Assembly (NCBI RefSeq): GCF_036971445.1
Contig: NC_091482.1
Span: forward strand, 2,108,001-2,172,000
Origin: Narcine bancroftii
Taxonomy: Eukaryota
Length of the DNA: 64,000 bases
Reading direction: 5' to 3'
Numbering within the stretch: position 1 is the stretch's first letter; every line of letters begins with the position of its first letter. Made by a program: the position numbers and the translations under genes. Under the pieces are notes generated by a model, which was not told the DNA's origin, searched no databases, and saw only the letters and a program-made list of their open reading frames with translations. Of this stretch, positions 36,234-48,200 are shown in pieces.

Positions 36234-39200
36234 CTGTCTCCTTCCCTCTAGTTATCTCTCTTCCCCTCCTCTCTCCCTCCCCTCCCTCCCCCTCTCCTCT
36301 CTCAATTACCCTCCTCTTTCTCTCTTTCCCTCCTCTCCCTCTTCCCCAACTCCTCTCTCTCCATCTCCTCCTTCTCTCCCCATCTCCTCCCTCTCCCCCA
36401 TCTCCTCTCTCTCCCCATCTCCTCTCTCTCTCCCCATCTCCTCTCTCTCTCCCCATCTCCTCTCTCTCTCCCCATCTCCTCTCTCTCTCCCCATCTCCTC
36501 TCTCTCTCCCCATCTCCTCTCTCTCTCCCCATCTCCTCTCTCTCCCCATCTCCTCTCTCTCTCCCCATCTCCTCTCTCTCTCCCCCATCTCCACTCTCTC
36601 TCCCCCATCTCCACTCTCTCTCCCCATCTCCTCTCTCTCCCCATCTCCTCATCTCCCTCCCCATCTCCTCTCTCTCCCCCCATCTCCTCTCTCTCCCCCA
36701 TCTCCTCTCTCTCTCCCCCATCTCCTCTCTCTCTCCCCATCTCCTCTCTCTCTTCCCATCTCCTCTCTCTCTTCCCATCTCCTCATCTCCCTCCCCATCT
36801 CCTCTCTCTCTCCCCATCTCCTCTCTCTCTCCCCATCTCCTCTCTCTCTCCCCATCTCCTCTCTCTCTCCCCATCTCCTCTCTCTCTCCCCATCTCCTCT
36901 CTCTCTCCCCATCTCCTCTCTCTCTCCCCATCTCCACTCTCTCCCCCATCTCCACTCTCTCCCCCATCTCCTCTCTCGCTTCCCCATCTCCTCTCTCGCT
37001 TCCCCATCTCCTCTCTCTCTTCCCCATCTCCTCCCTCTCTTCCCCATCTCCTCCCTCTCTTCCCCATCTCCTCCCTCTCTTCCCCATCTCCTCCCTCTCT
37101 TCCCCATCTCCTCCCCCTCTCCTCTCTCTCTCTCTCTCTCTTCCCCATCTGCTTCTCTCTCTCTCCCCATCCCTCAAGTTCTCTCTTTCTCTTCCCCATT
37201 TCCTTCCCTCTAGTTCTCTCTCTCTCTCCCTCCCTCCCTCTTCCTTTCTCCTTTCAATTCTCACCTCTCCTCCTCATCACATCCAATTAGCACCTTTTGT
37301 TGGTCTGGACCCCTCCCCAAGGCTGACCTTCAGTCTTTATTCTGACGCCTTCCTGATTTTACTCACACCTTGAGGAAGGATTCCCTCTGAAGCATAGGTT
37401 ACATTTTTACCTCCCAAGGGCTGGAGACGGGCTGAGTTCCTCAGGGTTTCTGTGTGTTTTTAATCATAGGGAAGGGGGCCCATAACATTTTGAGCAGAGT
37501 CTTAAGTGCTGGGGGGGGGGGGGGGAGGTGCATAGCTGAGGAAAGATTGAGAATGGCTGGTCTATACCCTGAGCTACTTGATGCACCCACTCCCTGCACT
37601 GTTGTTTATCTGTTATTATTGCACAACCAGCTGTTCGAGTTGACGTGCCTGGATAGCATACAAAGCCAAACTTTGTGTCTTGGTGATTCAGTGCCTTACC
37701 TCGCAGCCCCTGGCCAAGGCAAACCCTCCTCCCAACAGCAGGATAACGTTCCAAGGCAGCTTCCGCTGGACCAGGGGCCACTCCAGGAGGCGGCCTGTGG
37801 AGCTCTCCCCCAGCTCACTGGCTGTGCAGTGAAGACAGAACAACATGCTCAGTCAATCGGTCGGGTCGTGGGGACTCTGAGCAAGGACTTTGGTCTGAGG
37901 TGGGCGTTATCCTGGGGTGGGGGAAGGAGAGTGAAGGGTGTGTGGGAGTGTGGGGGTGGGTCGGGATGTGGGGACTCGGCTGGGAGAAAGGAGGGTGAGG
38001 ACATGGGGGTGGTTGGGAGGGTGGGGATGTGGGGGAGATTGTTGGGGATGGGTGGGGGTAGGGGTGGTGGGTGAGGGGGTGGGGAGTGGAGGTAGGGGAT
38101 GGGTGGGAGGTGAGTGGAGTGTTTCCACCCCTCCTTGAAAGCCCTGCCTGCCCACAAGGAGCTGTTTCATTGAAGTTCTTGTTCAGGAGCAGATTTAGTG
38201 CGAGTTCCAGTGAGAAGGCTGGAGCAGTCCAGCTAGTCCACCCATACTTAGTACGGTGGTGGAAACACAGCAGAGAGATCGGTTAGAGCAGAGCAGCAGC
38301 AACGTTAATCACCAAGGTAAAGGAGGAGGATTCCATGAAGTGTGATAATTGCCCTTGTGATTGGAGTTGATAACCTGCCCCTGATCGGGGTTCTCCCCTT
38401 GACCCATCTAACAGTCCCCACCTCCCCCCCCCCTCACCAGGGGCTGCTTGCAGAGAATTGGTACAACTCTGAGAGATGTGATCAAGAGAGGCGTGTGGGC
38501 GTGGGCGCCTGTGAGCATGGGCGCCTGTGGGCGCGTGTAGGCGTGGGTTGTCGTTGCATTGGAAGTTAAACTGACCCTGGACTCCTCTCTGCTGGGGTGG
38601 ATTCACCCAGACATGTCCCTAACTCTCACCCTGACAGAAGGCACTGGGCGACCGTCAGGGGGGACACAAATGTTTCCAAGGGACATCTGTTTCAGGAGGA
38701 GTGCAGGAAGGTTCAGGGCCCAGTCAGAGAGCAGTGGGGGCCTGGAATGCGTTGCCAAGGATAGTGGTGGAGGCTGGAACATTGGGAGGCATTTAAAAAA
38801 CTCTTAGACACGCACAAGGATGTCAGAAAAATAGAAGGTGATGGTGTGAGGGGCGGAAGGGTTGTCTTGGTTTATATGGGTTGGCCCAATATTGTGGGCC
38901 GAAGGACCTGTACTGTTTGATGCTGTTCTAAGGGGGAGTGGGATAATTTCCCACAGCCAACACTTGTCCCTGTCCCGACACCCAGGGCACCGGGAGGAGG
39001 CCCTTCACCCAAGCACCTACCTGCCTCGCCTTCCTCTGGAGCACAAGACCCTCGTGCCCAGGGTGGGGGCTGTGACCTCTGCACTGGAGTAAACGAAGAG
39101 GAGGAGCGCGATGAAAATTACCACCGTGGCATCGGTGACAAACCTGAAACAAGCAGAGGGTGGTCACCACAGTACCCGGGACATTCATTGGCACAGGGTA

Positions 39201-42200
39201 GGGGCGCCGTCCTGTGTTTGGGGCCACTGTCCGTCATCCAGACTGAGAGTCCGTGGTGAACACAGCCCAACAAAGGAAGTGTGTCCCCTGGCCAAACATC
39301 ACCAGGTGACTCCCTGGTACGGGAGGGGTCATTCCTTGAAAAGACTCGGTCTGCCTTGTCCGGAGTTCAGAGACCTTCTCACCTAAACATTCTTTACAGC
39401 ATGGATGTTGTCCCCAGGCCAGGGGGTCCAGTCTCAAACCACATGGGCAGAGAGAACTGTCCTCACCCAGGGGGCAGTGAATCACTGCAATTCCCCAATT
39501 TCCCCCCACCCCATCAGTGAGTGTCTTCACAGCAGCTCAGCTGGTGAAGAATGGGCAGGGTGAGGGGGAGACGCAGACAGGGTTGGAGGGGAATGTGGGC
39601 AGGGTTGGGAGGGGAACGCGGGCAGGGATGGGAGGGGAACGCGGGCAGGGTTGGGAGGGGAACGTGGGCAGGGTTGGGAGGGGAATGCGGGCAGGATTGG
39701 GAGGGGAACGTGGGCAGGGTTGGGAGGGGAATGCGGGCAGGATTGGGAGGGGGACATCCCTGTTTCTACACCTTCCTCCGGCAGCTTGTTCCACCTGCCT
39801 CAGTGGGCAAATTCCCCTTCGGCCTCTCCCCTCTCGCCTCAAAGCCTCTGCCCCATTTCCAGAATCCACTATCCTGGAGAACGTCAGAACATCCACTGCT
39901 CGTGCCCTTCAACTCTGGCTCCAGACCACCCTGTCGGAGCTGCCCTCATTCCCATGCTCTCCCAGCTCTCAGTTCCTGGACCACAGACAGAACCTTGGCC
40001 CCCTGCCTATGGCTGATCTCCCAGGGTCCAGGCACCTTGCAGGCAGCCACTCCTCCACCAGTCGCAGCAGCACAGAGGGGCAACAGGGCAAATGGGAGGG
40101 GCCTCTGTCCCTTGGCGAGGGCAGACCCCAGCAAGCTGGCTCTTGCTCCTGTCACTACTTCACAGCTACCCTCACTGGGCCCTGAGCTCGCCCTCACATC
40201 ACTACCCAAGTCTGTAGCTATTGCTTGGCCTCGTGCCCTTCAGCTGCAGAGCACAAGCACAGCATGACAACTAGGCTGGAGCATTCAGCACCCTGGGAAT
40301 GTGCAGCCAGGACTGGACTGCAGCCAGGGCCCGAGACAAACCAGCATCGCTTCAGTGAGGCACAACATAGAATAGCACTGCCCAGGATGTTCGGCCCACA
40401 GGTCTGTGCTGAACTGCATGGGTAATCAATGAATATTTTTTGGACCACATGGCCCACCATGTGGGGGAGGGGTGGAATTTTACACAGGTTAAACTTTTGA
40501 TCTCAGTAAGTACCTGCATTGTTCAAGGTGTCGGGAGTTCGGATGGGTGCGCGGCTGGGGCGAGGATCCACGGTTGGGGGCGTCAGGTGTACAGGATCGA
40601 TGGGAAGTCCACAGTGGAGGTGGGGGAGGGTCAGGAGCTCAGACAGGGTCACCTGGGCCCAAAAATGGGGGTGGTGGTCGACTTTTACATGGGTCATACA
40701 AAAAACTCACCCAAAAATTTGGGGTCAACTATTCCACGGGATCATTGATTACATGAGTATATACAGTTATTCTCTTTACTTGCACTTAAGATGACCCTAA
40801 GATTAGAGGCTTTTGTGGATGGCAAAGAAGGTTTTCAAAATTTGCAGAGGGATGTGGTCCAGATGGATAAATGGGCTGAAAAATGGCAGATGGTATTTAA
40901 TGCAGACAAGTGTGAGGTGTTGCATTTTGGAAGGACAAACCAAGAAAGGACGTATATGGTAAATGGTCGAGCACTGAGGAGTGTGGTAGAGCAGAGGGAC
41001 CTGGGAAGAATGGCAAGTATATAATTCCCTGAAAGTGGTGTCACAGGTGGACAGGGTTGCAAAGAGAGTTTTTGGTAGATGGAGTGTGAGGTGATGCATT
41101 TTGGAAGGACAAACCAGAAGGCTGAGTACAGGGTTAATGGTCGGTTACTTAATGGTGTAGATGAACAGAGGGACCTTGGGGTCCAAATCCATACATCCCT
41201 CAAGGTCACCACACAGGTTGATAGGATAATTAAGAAGGTCTGTGGGTCACTGGGCTTCACTAGTTGGGGGGATTGAGTTTGGGTATAGAGAGGTCATAGT
41301 ACAACTCTACAAATTTGACACTTAAAGTATTGTGTTCAGTTCTGGTCACCTCATTACAGAAAGGATGTGGAAACTGTGGAGAGGATGCAGAGGAATTTAC
41401 CAGGATGTTGCCTGGATTGGGATACAAGTCTTAGGAGGCAAGGTTAGCAGAGCTGGGACCTTTCTCTTTGGAGCCTAGAAGGATGAGAGGAGACGTGATT
41501 GAGCTCTACAAGATTCTGAGAGGAATAGATAGGGTGGACAGCCAGCACTTATTTCCCAGGGCATGATCAGCAAACACCAGAGGACATCTGTACATAGTGA
41601 AGGGAAGGAAATTTAGGGGAGATGTCAGGAGTAAGTTTTTTTTTAAATATACACACAGAGTTGTGGGGGCCTGGAACACATTGCCAGGGATGCTGGTGGA
41701 GGTGGAACGTTAGGGGTATTTAAGAGACTTTTAGACAGGCAGATGGATGGAAGAAAAATAAAGGGTTATAGGGAAGGGAGGGTTTAGTTTTTGTAAGAAT
41801 ATACAGAGTAGGTTGGCACGACATCGAGGGCCGAAGGGCCTGGGCTAGGCTGTACAATCAGCAGACTCGACATATAGACTTACTCCTTGCCCTTCCTGTT
41901 GAAGAAGATCGTTGCCCAGCCGGGGGCAAAGCCAGGATCCCTTGTGAACAGCAGGAGCACCAGCAGGACGAAGAGGCCAAGGACCAGCTTCTCGGCCAAG
42001 GTCATTGGGCCCAGCTTGCGGTACTCCACCCGGATCACGCTGTAGGCCGCGCTTTCCCTCACCGATGACTCTGCACCACATCTCCACAGAGCCCTGAAGC
42101 TGTGGGTGAAACAAAACTGCTCAGAGCCTCCGTTCCCCAACCTTGATGGGTTTCGAGAGAGGTGCTGGTCCCCTGAAGCCTTACTGAAGCTTACCCTCAT

Positions 42201-45200
42201 CACTGGCATGCTCGACCCCTGCCCTCTCAGCTTTTGTTAGTGCAAGAGGGGCCATACAACACCTCAGCACAGAACCAGGCCCTTTGGTCCTTCTCGACTG
42301 TGCCAAAATAATATTCTGCCTTGTCCCACTGACCTGAACCCAGTCCATACCCCTCCCATTTATGGACCTGTCTAAATTCTTCTTAAATGTTAAAATTGAA
42401 CCACATTCACCATGTAAGCTGGCAGTTCGTCCACATCCCACCATTCTCCGTGTGAAGAAGTTCCCCTTCCTGTTTCCCCTAAACTTTTCCCCTTTCACCC
42501 TTAACCCATATCCTCTGGTTTGTAGCTCATCCACCCTACATTAAGCCGACCTACATTAACTCTATCTATCCCGCTCATAATTTTAAATACCTCTATCAAA
42601 TCTCCCCTCATTCTTCTACTCTCCAGGGAATAAAGCCCTAATCTGTTTACCCTTTCCCTGTAACTCAGTTCCTGGAGTCTGGGCAACATCCTAGTAAATC
42701 TTCTCTGCCCTCTTTTAATCTTATTGATATCTTTCCTGTAGTTTGGTGACCAAAATTGAACACAATTCTCCAAATTTGGCCTCATCAATGTCTTATACAA
42801 CTTTACCATAACATATTGATTTATGAAGGCCAATATGCCAGAAACTCTCTTTACAACCCTATCCACCTGTGACGCCACTTTGTATCTGTGTTCCCAGATC
42901 CCCCTGTTCTACCGCACTCCTCAGTGCCCAACCATTTTCCGTGCAAGTCCTTTCTTAGTTTGTCCTTCCAAAATGCAACACCTTACTGGAGCACCAGGTC
43001 ACTCAATCACCAGGTTGTCCCAGAAAGCCCAGAGTCAGGGGGTTGTGGGGGGGGGAACCAGAGCCTAGAAGCATCAGGGAGTAAGCAACCTGGACCTAGG
43101 AAGCTCTGCAGTTTGGTGTATCCTCCTTCTCCTGGTCTCCAAGGAACCCCTCAGCTTCTGCCCTGCCCACCCACCCTCCTGGAGTTGGTCTGTCGGATCC
43201 CAGAAGGCTGCACCTCCCCGGATCTGGGCCACACCTTCCTCCCACATCCCCAAGGAGACCCCCATTGGCAGGTTCAAATCCAGCAGACACTCACTTCACT
43301 CCCAGAAACAGGGCATGCAGCCAGATCCAGCAGCAGGTGAGCGTGATGACCATGTTCGGGAAGGCAAAGCCAAACCACGAGGTAAAGTTGATCACTCCAC
43401 CATTCTCAGGAAAGATCCTTCAAACCACAAACACAGCGTTAGGGGGGAATTCATCCTGGTTCTTGACCATCTCTTGGGAAAACTGGGGAGGGGGAGCAAG
43501 GGGGCATGGGGAGGGGGGGGAAGGGAGAGGACAGATGGAAGGGAGGGAGGGTGAGTGAGGGGAAGGGGCAGAGGAGGGAAGGGGAGGGAAAGGGGCAAAG
43601 GAGAGGGTGAGAACGAGAGTGGGGAGTGAATGAACAGGAGTGGGGAGAGGAGGAGAGGATGTGTGAGGGGGGAGAGAGGTGGATGGAAGGGCAGAGCATG
43701 GAGTGGGAGGGAGGGAGGGGGTAAGAATCACAGTCGGTGCTGCCCATGAACTATCTACAATCTCTAAGAGGAGCTGGGTTTCAGAACCTTGCGGCCTGGA
43801 AACCTGTGAATGGAGAACCATGGCTGTATTGCGAGTTGGGCTGGGATATCCATTAAGGGAATGGAGGGAGGGTGGGGAGAGAACAATCCCTCTGTTATTG
43901 AAAGAGAGGTGAGAATGAAGGCCTGTGGTTCTCATTGCTGTTGATGCAGGGGAAGCTCAGCAAGTCCTCTGTCCTCTGTAAGTCAGGAGAGCAATTCTGG
44001 GGACAATCCCTGCATTTCACTCAGACCCAGACTAACTCTCCCTGATCGAGAAGGTGATTCACTCACTGGCGTCACGTGGGGGGGGGGGGGTGGGGTGGGG
44101 GGTGCACGGACCTCACAGGGCGTCCCCATTAGAGGGGGTGACGCCAAAAGGACAGTCAATAAAAATTTTGTGCAGTGTTTCAGCAGAAATGCAGTCTTTA
44201 TTATAAAAATATCCCTGTAACCACAAAAGCATTTTTCGCCAGCCCAGTTTACATGTATCAATACGAGGCTAAAACTTGATACTCATTTCCTTTCTGAACC
44301 TTCTACTGGGCTCCGGTCAGAGTGGTCATTATCTTTCTTCTCTTTGGCTTGGCTTCGCGGACGAAGATTTATGGAGGGGTAATGCCCACGTCAGCTGCAG
44401 GCTCGTTTGTGGCTGACAAGTCCGATGCTGGACAGGCAGACACGGTTGCAGCGGTTGCAGGGGAAAATTGGTGGGTTGGGGTTGGGTGTTGGGTTTTTCC
44501 TCCTTTGTCTTTTGACAGTGAGGTGGGCTCTGCGGTCTTCTTCAAAGGAGGTTGCTGCCCGCTGAACTGTGAGGCGCCAAGATGCACGGTTTGAGGCGAT
44601 ATCAGCCCACTGGCGGTGGTCAACGTGGCAGGCACCAAGAGCTTTCTTTAGGCAGTCCTTGTACCTCTTCTTTGGTGTACCTCTGTCTCGGTGGCCAGTG
44701 GAGAGCTCGCCATATAACACGATCTTGGGAAGACGATGGTCCTCCATTCTGGAGACGTGACCTACCAAGCACAGTTTGATCTTCAGCAGCGTGGATTTGA
44801 TGCTGTTGGCCTCTGCCATCTCGAGTACTTCGATGTTGGAGATGAAGTCACTCCAATGAATGTTGAGGATGGAGCGGAGACAACGCTGGTGGAAGCGTAC
44901 TAGGAGCCGTAGGTGATGCCGGTAAAGGACCCACAATTCAGAGCCGAACAGGAGTCTCGGTATGACAACGGCTCTTTTCAGTTGGTTGTTTTTCCAGACT
45001 CTTTTGTGTAGTCTTCCAAAGGCGCTATTTGCCTTGGCGAGTCTGTTGTCTATCTCATTGACGATCCTTGCATCCGATGAAATGGTGCCGCCGAGATAGC
45101 TAAACTGGTTGATCGTTTTGAATTTTGTGTGCCCAATGGAGATGTGGGGGAGCTGGTAGTCATGGTGGGGAGCTGGCTGATGGAGGACCTCAGTTTTCTT

Positions 45201-48200
45201 CAGGCTGACTTCCAGGCCAAACATTTTGGCAGTTTCCGCAAAACAGGACGTCAAGCGCTGAAGAGCTGGCTCTGAATGGGCAACTAAAGCGGCATCGTCT
45301 GCAAAGAGTAGTTCACGGACAAGTTTCTCTTGTGTCTTGGTGTGAGCTTGCAGGCGCCTCAGATTGAAGAGACTGCCATCCATGCGGTACCGGATGTAAA
45401 CAGCATCTTCATTGTTGAGGTCTTTCATGGCTTGTTTCAGCATCATGCTGAAGAAGATTGAAGAGGGTTGGTGCGAGAACGCAGCCTTGCTTCACGCCAT
45501 TGTTAATGGAGAAGGGTTCAGAGAGCTCATTGCTGTATCTGACCCGACCTTGTTGGTTTTCGTGCAGTTGGATAACCATGTTGAGGAACTTTGGGGGGCA
45601 TCCGAGGCGCTCTAGTATTTGCCAAAGCCCTTTCCTGCTCACGGTGTCGAAGGCTTTGGTGAGGTCAACAAAGGTGATGTAGAGTCCTTTGTTTTGTTCT
45701 CTGCACTTTTCTTGGAGCTGTCTGAGGGCAAAGACCATGTCAGTAGTTCCTCTGTTTGCACGAAAGCTGCACTGTGATTCTGGGAGAACATTCTCGGCGA
45801 CACTAGGTATTATTCTATTTAGGAGAATCCTAGCGAAGATTTTGCCTGCAATGGAGAGCAGCGTGATTCCCCTGTAGTTTGAGCAGTCTGATTTCTCGCC
45901 TTTGTTTTTGTACAGTGTGCTGATGATGGCATCACGAAGGTCCTGAGGCAGTTTTCCTTGGTCCCAGCAGAGCTTGAAAAACTCATGCGGTTTGACATTA
46001 TTCCCCAATGACAATGACGCTTCAAATCGTGTGGTTCCGTCTGCACGCGCCATCAGCAAGCGCTGTTGTTTTTGTTGCTGCCGGGGGGTGGGGTGACACC
46101 ACGGGTTACTGCAGAAACCATAATGACGCTAATGGATCAACCCACAGGAACCAAAGATCAGGTGGACTGCCAGGGTAAGGGACCAGTGCGTTGATTCCCG
46201 TGGGCAGGGAATTAGAGCAGAGCTCTCCCCTGTGACCACACTTGTAAGAATCAATCTCGTTGGAATTATCTTTTAATTTGGACATACAGCATGGTAACAA
46301 GCCCCCAAATACCCTGATTGACCTACGATCCCCTTACGTGTTTGGAAGGTGGGAGGGAACTGGAGGAAACCCACACAGACATGGGGAGAGCGTACAAGCT
46401 CCTTACGGACGGCGCAGGATTTGATCCGGATTGCTGGTGTGGCACTAACTGTGCTGCCCTTTCTTAGACAACACAATGAATTACTGTGGACCACTCCTAC
46501 CATAGCAGCTACGATGTTCCACAAAGACTCGGGGCAGTGAGTAGCTTAATCCCAAGTCTGCGGCCGACCATGAGGATTCTGACCAGGAGACGGGCAGAGA
46601 GCACTGGTTCCCTCCATCCTCAGGAATGGGCAGCTTGAGTTAACACCTCACTGAGCAGACACTGTCAGCCTGGGTTCTTCCCTCTAGATCTTTGGGCTGA
46701 TTTAATGCTACTGTATCGCCTTGACGACAGAGTTTCCGCACAGGGCTGACTTGGCCCTAGCAACTGAGCACAGCTCCAAGGGAGGGGAGAAGCTTGGAGA
46801 GGGGGTGGAGAGGCACTCACTGGCCAAACTGTCCCTTCAGCACCAGGTTAGGGCCGGTCCCCGTCAGCGTGGCTGTGCCCCCAATACTGGCTGCGTAGCA
46901 GATGGACAAGGACAGCATCTTTCGCAAACGGCACTGCTGCTCAATCTCGTCCTGGGGGCTGGAGCCTGCAACCAGGCCCCGCTTCAGCCTGGACTCGGGG
47001 TCCTGGGTCTCAGCAACCTGGCAGCTCAGACCTGCAGGAAGGAAGCCACACACGACAGCCCGTCAGCCCAGTGCTGCAGAGACCAGGCAGCAAAGCGCCA
47101 GGGGTAGAAACTCAGGTTAAACAGTAGCAAAGGTAATGATACAGAACCAACATTTCGGGCTTGAGCCCTTCATCAAAGCAAGAGCAAAATGGAGCGGGGC
47201 AGTGGGAGGAACACGGTCCCATAGGCAGGAGGTAATCAGTGGATGATGGAGGGAGGGAGACTGTTTCTACATTGGAGAGACTGAACACAGACTGGGCAAT
47301 CGCATTAGTGACAGGGATCTCCCAGTGTTCAATTCCAACCCCACTCTCACACTCACATGTCCGTCCATGTCCTTGTACTGTCCCATCAAGACCACCTGTA
47401 AATTAGAGGAAACACACTGGAATTTGCGTCTGGGACTTCTCCAGCTAGATGGCATTAACGTTGACCTCCAGTTTCTGCTCGCTCACTCCTCGTTCTCCCT
47501 CCCTTCCCCACTCTCTGCCTTCTTTCCTCCAGCTCTCAGATCTTCCCTCCCTCAGAACTCCCATCCCCTCTTCTTCAGACCTCCTCTCCCTCAGAATACC
47601 CCCCAGACCCCTCTCCCTCAGATCTCCCTCCCTCAGAATACCCCCCAGACCCCTCTCCCTCAGATCTCCCTCTCTCAGAATCCACCCAGACCCCTCCCCC
47701 CACCATTTTGTTCAGGTTCTTGCTGACATTTTGCTTGCCCTTTGATGAAGGGCCCAAGCCTGAATCATTACTTCTGTACCTTTATCTTTGCTGCATAAAG
47801 TCTCTGACCTGCTGAGTTTCTCCAGTGTTGTGGTTTTACCAAATGGGACTAGGTCAGGGAGGCTACGTTGTCAGCAGAGTCGAGAAGGGCAGAAGGGCCT
47901 GTTTATGTGCTCAATGATGATGAGTGGAGTAGAAGCCAGTCCCTCTCGATTGCAAGGGAGAGCCGCTGGGAAGTGAGAGCAGATGAGGAGGAGCTGGCCA
48001 GCCCCGAGCAAGGCTAGAATCACAGGGTTAGCGGACAATTATCTGAGGGAAGACCTGGGAAATGCTGGTTGGGGACCATTGTAAACCCCCCAACCCTCTC
48101 CTGGGAAGGTCAGCGACCACAGACCTGGCTGATGGACAACAGGACTGGCGTGCTTCTCCTCCAGTTCCACACCAGGAGGGTCTGGACTAGGTCCTCCCTC

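Noticed and set aside
36184-37290. 368-aa Ser/Pro/Leu and Glu/Arg/Gly ORFs
   Set aside because: CT microsatellite artefacts within an SLC13A5 intron
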